Shown: piece by piece, positions 1-8,221 of the stretch
Layout of the letters: every line of letters begins with the position of its first letter
Numbering within the stretch: position 1 is the first letter of the stretch
Virus genome (UHGV): UHGV-0120264
DNA from: a virus
Reading direction: 5' to 3' (one strand)
Length of the DNA stretch: 12,149 nucleotides
Made by a program: the position numbers and the translations under genes
The notes under the pieces: model-generated
Seen by the model: the letters and a program-made list of their open reading frames with translations, nothing else
Told to the model about the DNA's origin: nothing
Database searches by the model: none

Positions 1-24
1 TGTGTACCAAATTGTGTACCAATT
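1..24. repeat. Tandem 12-bp direct repeat (TGTGTACCAAAT / TGTGTACCAATT) just upstream of the integrase start; possible integrase arm-type binding sites or att-proximal sequence
   Basis: Two adjacent 12-mers differing at one base, read directly at positions 1-12 and 13-24. The functional assignment is inference from the position next to int. Confidence 0.4.
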
Positions 25-49
25 TTGACGATGACGAACAGGTATTAGG

Positions 50-1258
50 ATGGCACTCAACGATACAAAGCTGCGACGTATATCCGGAAAAGCATATGAG
101 GGACCTGAGGAGATAGCTGACGGAGGCGGACTTTCTGTCAGGATCAGCCCGAAGGGACTTATCACCTTTCAATACCGCTATCGTTTCAATGGAAAACCCG
201 CCAGGTTAAAGCTCGGAACGTACGGGAAGATGTCGCTTAAGGAAGCTCGCGATGCATTGGAAGAGTGTAAAGGGTGGTTGGAGAAGGGTAAAGACCCAGC
301 CATGCAAAGGAAGAAAGCCAAAGATATTGCATCAAGTTCCCCAAGCATCAGTACCCTAGTTGACGAGTGGTTTGATACTCCTTCAGTAAAAGAGATGGTG
401 AAGTACGAATACTGGAAGCGGATGCTGAAACTTCACATCACCGACAATTACGGTAAGCTGATTGCAGATGAAATGAGTCCTGTAGAGTGGGAGCAAATAT
501 TCATTCGCATAACAAAAGGTGGGTCACCCGTACAGGCGGGAAATGTACTGGTGAAGATGAAGCAAGTGATCCGCTATGCGTTACGCAGAAAACGCATAAC
601 ATCAAATGCACTGATGCTTCTTGAGATTAATGATATCGGCAGTAGACCTAATAATGGCGAACGTTTTCTTAACGATGTTGAGATAGGCGCATTCTGGAAT
701 GCCATCGACAAAACGAAAATGTCGTGGCAAAACAAAATGTTTATTCGAATTGTTGCGTTAACTGGTTGTCGTGGTGTTGAATTGCGGTTGGCTAAGAAGA
801 CTGATTTTGATCTGAAGTCTAGAGAATGGACTATACCGAAAGAGAACTCAAAAACGCGTAAGCGATTTGTTCGCGGTATTTCAAAACTCGCAGCAGATTA
901 TTTGCAGCAGGTATTTGATCTATACCCTGATCTGTCAATCGTATTTCCTCCGGCTAAGTTACAGGAAAATCGCCCAATGTCTGCCAGCACCCTAATTTCT
1001 ATTGCAGAACAGGTAGAAGATGTTATGGGGGGCGAGCACTGGTCATTGCACGATCTGCGCAGAACGTGCAAAACAAAAATGGCTGAACTTGGAGTAGCAC
1101 CTCATGTTTCGGAGAAAATTCTCGGGCATAAGCTCACGGGGATGCTGGCTGTTTATGACCAGTATGACTACATCCCCGAGCAGCAGGACGCAGCAGAATT
1201 ATGGGCTAAGAAAATTCAAGAGTGTTCGGAAATCAATCCTTTATCTTTGCAAAACTGA
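50..1258 (+). CDS. int: Tyrosine site-specific integrase, P4/CP4-57-like, with N-terminal arm-binding domain (DUF4102-type)
   Basis: 402-aa ORF. The N-terminus (LNDTKLRR...DGGGLSVRISPKGLITFQYRYRFNGK...LGTYGKMSLKEARD) matches the DUF4102 arm-binding signature as I recall it. The C-terminus carries the tyrosine recombinase catalytic pattern (HDLRRT...LGHK...VYDQYDY). Confidence 0.9.
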   Translation: MALNDTKLRRISGKAYEGPEEIADGGGLSVRISPKGLITFQYRYRFNGKPARLKLGTYGKMSLKEARDALEECKGWLEKGKDPAMQRKKAKDIASSSPSISTLVDEWFDTPSVKEMVKYEYWKRMLKLHITDNYGKLIADEMSPVEWEQIFIRITKGGSPVQAGNVLVKMKQVIRYALRRKRITSNALMLLEINDIGSRPNNGERFLNDVEIGAFWNAIDKTKMSWQNKMFIRIVALTGCRGVELRLAKKTDFDLKSREWTIPKENSKTRKRFVRGISKLAADYLQQVFDLYPDLSIVFPPAKLQENRPMSASTLISIAEQVEDVMGGEHWSLHDLRRTCKTKMAELGVAPHVSEKILGHKLTGMLAVYDQYDYIPEQQDAAELWAKKIQECSEINPLSLQN

Positions 1259-1446
1259 ATAACTTCCTTGTAGCGAAAGAGGGCGCCGCCTTTCGGTGGG
1301 TGGATTTCTTCCACTTCCCGAGGGAATGGTGTCCCTGATTGCTCCCACTGTTTACGCTTCCGGTAAAAAGTAGTTCTGGAGATACCACCAAGCATCTCCT
1401 GAACACGCTCGCGGTTTATTAGAATCGGCTGAATATTGATTGTCAT
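1216..1446 (-). CDS. xis: Excisionase / AlpA-family DNA-binding protein (Xis-like)
   Basis: 76-aa ORF convergent with int, overlapping its 3' end by about 43 bp. The RERVQEMLGGISRTTFYRKRKQ segment looks like the helix-turn-helix of AlpA/Xis-type proteins. GGAG lies 11 nt upstream of the ATG at 1446. Confidence 0.7.
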   Translation of the reverse strand: MTINIQPILINRERVQEMLGGISRTTFYRKRKQWEQSGTPFPREVEEIHPPKGGALFRYKEVIQFCKDKGLISEHS

Positions 1447-1567
1447 TTGTATGGTTTCTCCATAAAGAAATAAACCGTTCAGTGGCGGTTATTGTCGGTT
1501 GCGGTAGATCTGGCGATCTTGAGAAACTGTCAGGCCTCATCGAGTGTGAGGCTGTATGATTCCATAG

Positions 1568-1912
1568 TTAGTCCTTGCGTAGTTCTCTGATTCTTCTGTA
1601 AGTCTCTGGTGCTTTGTTTCCGTGTATCTTCATTTCAGACTTCAACAGAGCAACGAGAGAATCCCATTCGTTGAGGATGCCTTTGAATGCCGGAACGCGC
1701 TTTGCAACCTTGTCGAATGAATCTCTGATTTCTGGAATCTGCTCAACAAGTGCAACGCATCGTCGGAAATCGGCTGCGTCATGTGGAGCGCCGAAGTGAT
1801 GACCATAGATATTCTTTTTCAGTCCACATGCGATTGAGGCAAGAGTTGCGCTACTGATGCCGACATCGCCAGTCGTTTGCCATTTCAAAATCTTCATAGC
1901 CAAATCTGACAT
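1568..1912 (-). CDS. Hypothetical early-region protein (114 aa from the second Met), function unknown
   Basis: The ORF track starts at 1939, but that ATG lies inside the upstream terminator hairpin. The ATG at 1910-1912 is preceded by GGAG with 7-nt spacing, so I place the start there (MSDLAMKILKW...). I do not recognise a family. Confidence 0.6.
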   Translation of the reverse strand: MSDLAMKILKWQTTGDVGISSATLASIACGLKKNIYGHHFGAPHDAADFRRCVALVEQIPEIRDSFDKVAKRVPAFKGILNEWDSLVALLKSEMKIHGNKAPETYRRIRELRKD

Positions 1913-1925
1913 TTCTTGTCTCCAA

Positions 1926-1946
1926 TAAAAAACCGCCATCAGGCGG
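1926..1946 (-). terminator. Rho-independent terminator (minus strand) after the Zn-ribbon gene
   Basis: On the minus strand: CCGCC-TGAT-GGCGG hairpin (plus 1933-1946) followed immediately by TTTTTTATT (plus 1924-1932). Confidence 0.65.
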
Positions 1947-2012
1947 CTTAGTGTTCTTTCAGTTCTTCAATTCGAATATTGGTTACATTGTTTTCATATA
2001 TGAATAAATAAT

Positions 2013-2192
2013 TTAGCTTTTTTCGTTGCTTCCGCGTTCTTTATTATTTTTACTAAACTCGTTTTTACCGCGCATTCCAAATGCGTCTTTAGAGTTGTTG
2101 TATCCGCAATCACTGCACACATAATCTCCAGACCATCCACGCCTTGTTTTTTCTTTTGCAATATTTCCAGAACCGCATTTTGGACAAGACAT
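2013..2192 (-). CDS. Small zinc-ribbon protein (two CxxC pairs), function unknown
   Basis: 59 aa from the ATG at 2190-2192, which has GGAGG 7 nt upstream; the track's 2225 start is TTG without an RBS. Motifs CPKCGSGN and CSDCGY form a zinc ribbon. The overlapping 1994..2233 ORF in another frame is rejected. Confidence 0.6.
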   Translation of the reverse strand: MSCPKCGSGNIAKEKTRRGWSGDYVCSDCGYNNSKDAFGMRGKNEFSKNNKERGSNEKS

Positions 2193-2245
2193 ATCACTAC
2201 CTCCAAAGCATGAGTGAGATGACAACGTAACATTGATTGGAAATT

Positions 2246-2259
2246 AACAATATATTGTT
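2246..2259. promoter_or_regulatory. Perfect 14-bp palindrome AACAATATATTGTT in the intergenic region between the DUF551-like and Zn-ribbon genes; candidate protein-binding site
   Basis: Perfect dyad symmetry read directly. It is AT-rich, so a protein operator seems more likely than a stable RNA hairpin. Function is inference. Confidence 0.3.
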
Positions 2260-2288
2260 GATGTAAAAGATATGTATAAGATTCGCTA

Positions 2289-2504
2289 TCAGAGCGGCGG
2301 TTCTGGTAGCGGCATCCAGTGGGTTACATTGCGGCTCTGCGTTTCGAAGAACTCCTCACCATTGCGGACAACATCAAAAAACTCACCGTCTCGATATTGC
2401 GCATAAAGAACGAATGCGCCATCACATAAAATAATTACGTGCTGACCATCATCTGGCATTCGCTCACTACAGCTTATCCAACCATCCGGAGTTACCGGAT
2501 ACAC
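2289..2504 (-). CDS. DUF551-family phage protein, possibly 5'-truncated
   Basis: The C-terminal 63 residues (WISCSERMPDDGQHVIIL...VTHWMPLPEPPL) match the DUF551 signature as I recall it. The N-terminal 60 residues of the track ORF are antisense to the Rz fragment and are treated as artefact. The only nearby start is a GTG at 2502-2504 with no RBS. Confidence 0.5.
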   Translation of the reverse strand: MYPVTPDGWISCSERMPDDGQHVIILCDGAFVLYAQYRDGEFFDVVRNGEEFFETQSRNVTHWMPLPEPPL

Positions 2505-2690
2505 AAAGGAGCTTGCTGATGCTAACGCGACTATCGAAAGCCTCCGTGCTGATGTTTCTGCTGGGCGTAAGCGCCTGCAAGTCGCCGCCACCTGTGCAAA
2601 GTCAACGACCGGAGCCAGCAGCATGGGCGATGGAGAAAGCCCAAGACTTACAGCAGATGCTGAACTCAATTATTACCGTCTCAGAAGTGG
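2500..2690 (+). pseudogene. Rz: Rz-like i-spanin gene fragment (C-terminal part only; no start, no TM domain)
   Basis: Frame-1 translation [62 protein letters not shown] aligns with lambda Rz from its YTKELADA motif onward. The frame only opens at 2446 and the preceding residues do not resemble Rz; similarity is lost after about 2686. Confidence 0.75.
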
Positions 2691-2755
2691 AATCGACAGG
2701 ATACCCGCGCAATTGGTCCATCTACTGGTCTGTCTGGATGGGATTTTGTTTCTGA
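2513..2755 (+). pseudogene. Rz1: Rz1-like o-spanin lipoprotein gene embedded in the Rz fragment; native stop lost at a junction, giving a chimeric 80-aa ORF
   Basis: MLMLTRLSKASVLMFLLGVSAC has a signal peptide and lipobox, followed by a proline-rich stretch and NSIITVSE, comparable to lambda Rz1 (PPPPP...LNGIISPSE). It sits in the +1 frame relative to Rz as in lambda. The ORF runs about 20 codons past the expected end. Confidence 0.6.
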
Positions 2756-3410
2756 TGCAGAGCGCCTGATGTTCTCCCGTGAGCTAAACCGCGATATGGG
2801 CATCAGTTACTTCCTGAACCCAGACGATTACCGCAAAGCAGGCCGCAATCTGGTAGATGGTGACATCTTCGGTCGCGTTCCTGAAGAAGCGTATCGCAAC
2901 GGTACTATTCAGCGTCAGATTGCTGGCTTTGATGAAATTCTTCGTTCACCGAAACTTCCGGCAGTTACCAAGTCAACCGCTACTGGTGTAACTGTTTCTG
3001 GTGCGCAGAAGTTTAAGCCGCAGGCATACACCCTTGATACCGATGGTAACAAAGAGAACGTCGACAACCGTGTTGCAACGGTGACCGTATCCTCCGCCAC
3101 CGGATTTAAGCGCGGCGACAAAATAAGCTTCACTGGTGTGAAGTTCCTGTCTCAGATGGCGAAGAATGTGCTGACTGATGACGCGACTTTCTCAATCACC
3201 CGTGTGATCGATAGTACTCACATCGAAATCACGCCGAAGCCGATTGCGCTGGATGACGCGTCACTGACAAAAGAAGAGAAGGCTTACGCTAACGTAAACA
3301 CCTCTCTTGCTGATACCACTCCGGTAAACGTTCTGAACGTGGCAACAACCACCGCTAACGTGTTCTGGGCTGATGACTCAATCCGTCTGCTATCTCAGCC
3401 GATCCCGGTA
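2703..3410 (+). pseudogene. Internal fragment of a P22-type major coat protein gene (roughly residues 130-365 of a 430-aa coat); lacks N- and C-terminal parts
   Basis: Frame-0 translation (...[26 protein letters not shown]...[18 protein letters not shown]...[18 protein letters not shown]) aligns with P22 gp5 as I remember it. The frame opens at 2664 after a stop, and similarity ends at SQPIP, right at the RBS of the next gene. Confidence 0.75.
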
Positions 3411-3421
3411 AGGGGTAATCA

Positions 3422-4786
3422 ATGGCTACTTGGCAACAGGGTATTAATTCTGGTGGTTTTCTGGCTGGCATCGGTACGCAAAATGAGAATGCGCCAAAGG
3501 CAAGCGACATTAACGCAACGCTTGGTCTGATCCGCGAAAACAATGAACTGGCTCGCTCAGGTGCAAATAACGTTGGTCTGACCGCGTTACGTGGTCTGGC
3601 TGGAGTTGCTGATATTTACAATCAGGAACAGCAACAGAAAGCGATTAGTGCGTTCAATAAGGTTCACGCTGATGCATGGGCTTCTGGTGATCCATCGGGA
3701 CTATTTAAGTTTGCCCAGGAAAATCCAGCGTTTGTTGCACAGGCACAACAGGCGTTTTCCGGTCTTAATGAGCAGCAACGCAACGATATGGGCGATTTAG
3801 CCATGAGGGCTAACGTCGCTCTTTCTCAGGGACCGGAAGCCTACAGTAAATTCATTACTGACAACAAGGACAGGTTAAATCGCGTGGGCGCGAATGCTGA
3901 CTGGATGATTCAGACAGGTATTCAGAATCCAGAGCAGCTATCACACATGCTGACTACTATGTCTCTCGGTGCACTTGGGCCAGAAAAGGCGTTTGCTGTT
4001 CAGGACAAGATGGCTGGTCGTGAGATTGACCGAGGCAGACTGGCAGAGACAATCCGCAGCAATCAGGCTGGCGAGGCGCTAACAGCGCGTGGTCAGAATA
4101 TCACGATGCGCGGTCAGGATTTATCGATGCAGAGAGCATCAATGAAAGGGTCGGTTGGGAATAATGAGCGTACAGTTCAGTTAGCAGATGGCAGAACTGT
4201 AACGGTAGGCGGGAAGCTTCACGGCGCTGGGGCTAATGCGTTCTACGAAGGTATCGACAACGAGGGGAATATGGTTCGCGTCCCTGCTGGCTCTATTGCC
4301 GCTCCGGCTACATCGGCAGCAAGCGCGCAGAATTACGCAATGAAGAAAGATCTTGATGCAATTTCTGGTGCATCAATTGACGATCTTGGCTTCATGACTG
4401 GCATTACAGGCTCTTCAGGTTCTCCTGCTCTTGGTGCAGATATTCGTAGCCGTGCATCTGGTGGTGATCAGAGGAAACTATACAACGCTGCACAGCGAAT
4501 CCAAGGAAAGATGCAGAATCAGGGCATTGCAGCAGCCAGAGACATGGGGGCATCCGGTATCAACACCGTTGCAGAAGCAAAGATGTATTTTCAAGGTATG
4601 CCACAGGTTGATTTCTCAAGCCCTGAAGCACTGCAACAATCAATGCGCGACATTCAGCAATATACCGACAATTACAACCAGCAATATAACGTTAATGTTG
4701 GTAAATCTCAGCGGCAGCAATCTCAACCTACACAGGTATCACAGCCAGCAGCCAGCAGTAATTTTTCTTCACTATGGGGTGATTAA
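3422..4786 (+). CDS. Putative ejection (DNA-injection) protein, gp20-like by synteny
   Basis: 454-aa ORF with AAGGGG RBS about 7 nt upstream. Gln/Ala/Gly-rich and low-complexity, sitting between the coat and tailspike genes where P22-like phages encode gp7-gp20-gp16. Assignment rests on synteny and composition, not on recognised sequence identity. Confidence 0.5.
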   Translation: MATWQQGINSGGFLAGIGTQNENAPKASDINATLGLIRENNELARSGANNVGLTALRGLAGVADIYNQEQQQKAISAFNKVHADAWASGDPSGLFKFAQENPAFVAQAQQAFSGLNEQQRNDMGDLAMRANVALSQGPEAYSKFITDNKDRLNRVGANADWMIQTGIQNPEQLSHMLTTMSLGALGPEKAFAVQDKMAGREIDRGRLAETIRSNQAGEALTARGQNITMRGQDLSMQRASMKGSVGNNERTVQLADGRTVTVGGKLHGAGANAFYEGIDNEGNMVRVPAGSIAAPATSAASAQNYAMKKDLDAISGASIDDLGFMTGITGSSGSPALGADIRSRASGGDQRKLYNAAQRIQGKMQNQGIAAARDMGASGINTVAEAKMYFQGMPQVDFSSPEALQQSMRDIQQYTDNYNQQYNVNVGKSQRQQSQPTQVSQPAASSNFSSLWGD

Positions 4787-6945
4787 TGGCTAAAGCATGG
4801 AAAGATGTTATCGCCTCTCCACAGTATCAGGCGTTAACTGAAGAACAGAAAGCACAGGCTCAAGCGCAATATTTTGATGAGGTTGTTGCCCCTAAGGCTG
4901 GTGACAAATGGGCTGAAGCAAGAGATCAGTTTTATGCAGCATACCCTCCGCCTCAGCAGCAGAAAGAAGAACCATCATTGATGCAACAAGCTGGCGATTG
5001 GCTCACAGGTGGTCAAAGTGCAGGGCAAATTGCAGAGCAGGCTGGTCGTGGTCTGGTAAACATACCATTTGACGTATTGCAGGGTGGCGCAAGTCTGATT
5101 AATGCAATCAGCCAGGGGCTTGGTGGCCCCAAGGTTTTGGATGATGTTTATCGCCCTGTCGATCGACCTACAGACCCTTACGCGCAAGCCGGTGAAACAA
5201 TTGGTGGGTATCTCCTGCCAATTGGCACAGCGGCAAAAGTTGCTGGAGCGCCAGCAAAGCTCGCTGGAGATATCGGTTCCGCAGGAAACATGATTGCAGG
5301 TTCTCTTGCTGATGCTGCAAATCAGGAGGGCGACTTTGCACAAAATGCTGCCATTAACGGTGGTATCAATATTGGTGCTCAAGGCGTTCTTTCAGGTGTC
5401 GGGCGCGTTATTGCTCCAAGGGTTTCACAGGCTCTTGGTGGTGCAGCACTGAATTCTGCTAATGATGTTTCCAGGATGGCAAAGTCAGGTGCTGGGCGTC
5501 AGTCAATTGCCAGTCAGGCCGCTAATGTGTCCGAAGATGTAGCAAAAGCGGCTGAGTCTGCTGGAATTGATATAAACGCATTAACACCAGGAATGCGATC
5601 TGGAAGTCGTGGAATTGCACAAGCCGAAGGCGCATTGGCATCAACACCAGGAATTGTTCAGGACGCCCATCAGGCAGCATTTAACGAAATATCATCAAAG
5701 TTAAGTCGAAACCTTGATGAATTTGGGGCCGCATCTGGAACGGCATCAGAAAAAAGTGCGGCTATAAAACAAAGGATTCTTCAAAATCTTGATCAGATGA
5801 AGGATGCCGAGCGCGCGGCATGGGATGACGTGCGGTCAACAATGCCAAATCAAAAAGCAAGAATGCTAAATGGTAATGCCGTTATTCAGGCAGAGCGATC
5901 TGCCGGCATACCGCTTACTCCTGAAATGAAACAGTTTGTTCAGGCAAACAATCAAGGTGGAGTAACATTTGATGGCATGAAAGCATGGAGAGCGAAATTT
6001 GCTGATGCGGAGCAAAAATATAAGCGTAGCGGAGAGGCAAATGCGGCAAGGAGAGCAGGGGAAATACGCCGGGCAATTACTGATGATATGCGCACAATGG
6101 CGGAAAACGGCGGATTTCTTGATGACTGGCAAAAAGCTAATGATCTGTCTAAAGCGAGGTTATCAGCACAAGAGAGTGCAGAGTCTGTTTTCGGACGTGA
6201 TTTGGCAACAGATGCACTGATTACGAATGGAGTAAAATCCCTTCAATCATCGTCAGCTAAAGGTCTTAATGGTCCTGCTGGGTTCCATTCTATGATCCGC
6301 GCGCTGCCAGAATCAGAGCGTGTTCCTGCTATATCATCAATGTTGCAAGATGCTATCTCGCATGGTGTACGTGGTGGCAAAGCTGATGCAGCAGGAATTA
6401 ACCATATCGCAGAGATACTCACTCCACAAAATGTAAAAGCCATTAGCCGATATTCCTCAGAACTTGGAAGAATTGCTGATGCATATGGCACTCTTGCAAG
6501 AGCAGCAGTGAAACCTCAGCAGTATATTGAAAGAACAGGGAGAACTGCCAATGTACTACGCGATCTGGATGCCGGTTTATCCAACGTCACATCAACAGTG
6601 TTAAATGCAATTGCCAACTCAACATCAGGTGCCATTGTTGGTGGAGCAGGAGGGGGCATTGCAGGCGCTGCCGCAGGTGCTTTAGTTGGCGCCGGGTTAA
6701 AAGGCGCTGTATCTAAAATTGCCACCACGCGTAGCGGTCGATATGCGATAGAGAAAGCAGTTCAGGAAGCCACGAAAGCAGTAAGAGCTGGCGGAAGTAA
6801 AGAAGCATTAGCGGCGGCGGAACGCAGATTTATGGCAAATAAAGCCGCCGTAAAAGCAATACGTGATGCAGTTGGAAACGAAGAGTTCAATCGCTTAGCG
6901 AGGGCTGGCATTGTAGCGTCGCTAAGCGGAATAGCACAGGAGTAA
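4786..6945 (+). CDS. Putative ejection (DNA-injection) protein, gp16-like by synteny
   Basis: 719-aa ORF whose ATG overlaps the upstream stop (TAATG), suggesting translational coupling. Low-complexity, with a Gly/Ala-rich hydrophobic segment near the C-terminus. Assignment by synteny and size. Confidence 0.5.
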   Translation: MAKAWKDVIASPQYQALTEEQKAQAQAQYFDEVVAPKAGDKWAEARDQFYAAYPPPQQQKEEPSLMQQAGDWLTGGQSAGQIAEQAGRGLVNIPFDVLQGGASLINAISQGLGGPKVLDDVYRPVDRPTDPYAQAGETIGGYLLPIGTAAKVAGAPAKLAGDIGSAGNMIAGSLADAANQEGDFAQNAAINGGINIGAQGVLSGVGRVIAPRVSQALGGAALNSANDVSRMAKSGAGRQSIASQAANVSEDVAKAAESAGIDINALTPGMRSGSRGIAQAEGALASTPGIVQDAHQAAFNEISSKLSRNLDEFGAASGTASEKSAAIKQRILQNLDQMKDAERAAWDDVRSTMPNQKARMLNGNAVIQAERSAGIPLTPEMKQFVQANNQGGVTFDGMKAWRAKFADAEQKYKRSGEANAARRAGEIRRAITDDMRTMAENGGFLDDWQKANDLSKARLSAQESAESVFGRDLATDALITNGVKSLQSSSAKGLNGPAGFHSMIRALPESERVPAISSMLQDAISHGVRGGKADAAGINHIAEILTPQNVKAISRYSSELGRIADAYGTLARAAVKPQQYIERTGRTANVLRDLDAGLSNVTSTVLNAIANSTSGAIVGGAGGGIAGAAAGALVGAGLKGAVSKIATTRSGRYAIEKAVQEATKAVRAGGSKEALAAAERRFMANKAAVKAIRDAVGNEEFNRLARAGIVASLSGIAQE

Positions 6946-7269
6946 TTAATCATCCATGGATGGATTGAGCTTATCTCGTGTTGATGTGGCGATTTGCCCT
7001 ACATTCCTAAGCCAAGATTTCAAATCCTTGATATTGTCATTGATTTCATGAATATCTTCTTTTTTTAGTCTGTTAATATTATTCTCAATAATTTCAATGG
7101 ATTGCTCAATATCAGATATAGTGAATGATAGTTTGTTCTTCTCATCTTTTATTGAGTTTTTAAGTGCTTCGTTCTCAGTCTTGAGGTCAGATATCTTTTG
7201 TTTTAAAGATGCCAGTTGGTACTGAACCACAATGAGTGCGATAGCTATCACGATAACTGTTGTATACAC
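6946..7269 (-). CDS. Small membrane-anchored coiled-coil protein (N-terminal TM helix plus heptad-like coiled coil); accessory gene of unknown function
   Basis: 107 aa from a GTG start with a strong AAGGAGG RBS 5 nt upstream (minus strand). The N-terminus YTTVIVIAIALIVVQY is hydrophobic and the rest is K/E/N/I-rich. The region is visibly AT-rich compared with neighbours. Confidence 0.6.
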   Translation of the reverse strand: MYTTVIVIAIALIVVQYQLASLKQKISDLKTENEALKNSIKDEKNKLSFTISDIEQSIEIIENNINRLKKEDIHEINDNIKDLKSWLRNVGQIATSTRDKLNPSMDD

Positions 7270-7387
7270 ACCAACCTCCTTAGTTTTGAGCAGGATACCA
7301 TGAAAAAAGTAAACATCTTTTGCCTACTTCACATTTGAATGATTTGTCATTAGGATGTTTCCGTTTTTTTTAAATATGGAAATTGAT

Positions 7388-7807
7388 ATGAAGAGGATTA
7401 TTAGCGTCGTTGCTGGCGTTATCATGTTATCTGGGTGCGCAACTATTGTTGGTGATGAAACGCAACTTGTGCAAGTGAACAGCAATCCTTCTGGCGCGAG
7501 CTTTAAGGTAAAAGATGAGTCAGGTGTGATTGTTGCGCAAGGTAAGACCCCACAAGGTGTAACGCTCGCCAAGTCAGATGGTAGCTATTTTGGCAAAAAG
7601 AGCTACCAGATCACTATGGAGAAGGATGGGTATGAACCAGTTACCCTGCCAATCAAAGCCAATGCTAATGGTTGGTATATTGGTGGGAACCTTGTGTTTG
7701 GTGGGTTAATTGGTTGGCTTGCTGTAGATCCATTTAATGGTGGAATGTATACCTTGAAGCCAAAAGAGGCAAATGCATCACTTATACCGTCCACAAAGCA
7801 AGACTAA
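7388..7807 (+). CDS. Putative lipoprotein (139 aa) with a C-terminal glycine-rich hydrophobic segment
   Basis: MKRIISVVAGVIMLSGC is a signal peptide with lipobox. The C-terminal WYIGGNLVFGGLIGWLAV is glycine-zipper-like. I take the ATG at 7388 rather than the track's 7355 because the signal peptide begins there. Divergent from the 6946..7269 gene. Confidence 0.65.
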   Translation: MKRIISVVAGVIMLSGCATIVGDETQLVQVNSNPSGASFKVKDESGVIVAQGKTPQGVTLAKSDGSYFGKKSYQITMEKDGYEPVTLPIKANANGWYIGGNLVFGGLIGWLAVDPFNGGMYTLKPKEANASLIPSTKQD

Positions 7808-7814
7808 TAAATGG

Positions 7815-7840
7815 AACCCACCATCAGGTGGGTTTTTTGT
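7815..7840. terminator. Bidirectional rho-independent terminator between the convergent lipoprotein and mnt genes
   Basis: AACCCACC-ATCA-GGTGGGTT hairpin followed by TTTTTTG on the plus strand, with an A-rich tract on the other side. The mnt stop codon lies in the loop. Confidence 0.7.
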
Positions 7841-8075
7841 ACAAATCTTTCAGCGTATCAAACACCATCTTCTTAACAAGTTCGGACTGCTCATCAGCGA
7901 TTCGTTCCGCATCGTCTCGATAGCCTGAAATTTTGGATGGCTTTGATACAGCATCAGTCACTATCTGAACTAATTCTGAATTAAGAGAGCGGCAATTGGA
8001 TTTGGCTCGCTGTTTTAGTTTTTCCTTTAATTCGTAAGGTAGCCGCAGATTAAATTGCGGGTCATCTCTTCCCAT
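7824..8075 (-). CDS. mnt: Mnt-like ribbon-helix-helix repressor (P22 immI-type)
   Basis: 83-aa product MGRDDPQFNLRLPYELKEKLKQRAKSNCRSLNSELVQIVTDAVSKPSKISGYRDDAERIADEQSELVKKMVFDTLKDLYKKPT is near-colinear with P22 Mnt as I recall it. GAGG lies 8 nt upstream of the ATG. Confidence 0.85.
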   Translation of the reverse strand: MGRDDPQFNLRLPYELKEKLKQRAKSNCRSLNSELVQIVTDAVSKPSKISGYRDDAERIADEQSELVKKMVFDTLKDLYKKPT

Positions 8076-8138
8076 TCTTGATGCCTCGCTTTTGTGAGTG
8101 GATCGGCATCTTATTATCTGCTGGTTGCATCCTCAATA

Positions 8139-8153
8139 AGACCACTGTGGTCT
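8139..8153. promoter_or_regulatory. Candidate Mnt operator: perfect 15-bp palindrome AGACCACTGTGGTCT, with a second CACTGTGG core at 8176-8183
   Basis: Perfect odd-centred palindrome read directly, 64-78 bp upstream of the mnt start. It resembles the P22 Omnt palindrome (AGGTCCACGGTGGACCT) in form and partly in sequence. Confidence 0.55.
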
Positions 8154-8221
8154 CTTTGTTTGATTAATAATGCATCACTGTGGCAATGCTGCAGCGATTC
8201 CTTTTATCTGGAGCAGATTAA

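Noticed and set aside
1352-1540. 62-aa minus-strand ORF overlapping the xis gene
   Set aside because: It overlaps the better-supported AlpA/Xis-like frame in a different frame, has no recognisable RBS or features, and is probably a chance ORF.
1614-1799. 61-aa plus-strand ORF antisense to the 114-aa hypothetical gene
   Set aside because: It lies entirely inside a better-supported minus-strand gene and has no RBS; chance antisense ORF.
1994-2233. 79-aa minus-strand ORF overlapping the Zn-ribbon gene in another frame
   Set aside because: The alternative frame gives a clear CxxC...CxxC zinc ribbon with a GGAGG RBS, while this frame has no features.
2289-2669. Full 126-aa minus-strand ORF as given by the ORF track
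   Set aside because: Only the C-terminal ~63 residues look like a real DUF551 protein. The N-terminal ~60 residues are the antisense reading of the Rz/Rz1 fragment (Ala/Ser/Leu-rich, no start context), so the gene is shortened to 2289..2504 with an uncertain 5' end.
4431-6728. Several short ORFs on both strands inside the gp20-like and gp16-like genes (4431..4793, 4975..5382, 5102..5293, 5866..6132, 5999..6220, 6243..6491, 6516..6728, 6762..6953)
   Set aside because: All are nested within or antisense to the long, compositionally consistent ejection-protein ORFs, and their products are Cys/Arg-rich or low-complexity nonsense typical of off-frame translation.
7324-7794. Minus-strand ORFs 7324..7572 and 7603..7794 antisense to the lipoprotein gene
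   Set aside because: The plus-strand frame has a canonical lipoprotein signal peptide and a terminator, while these antisense ORFs have no supporting features.
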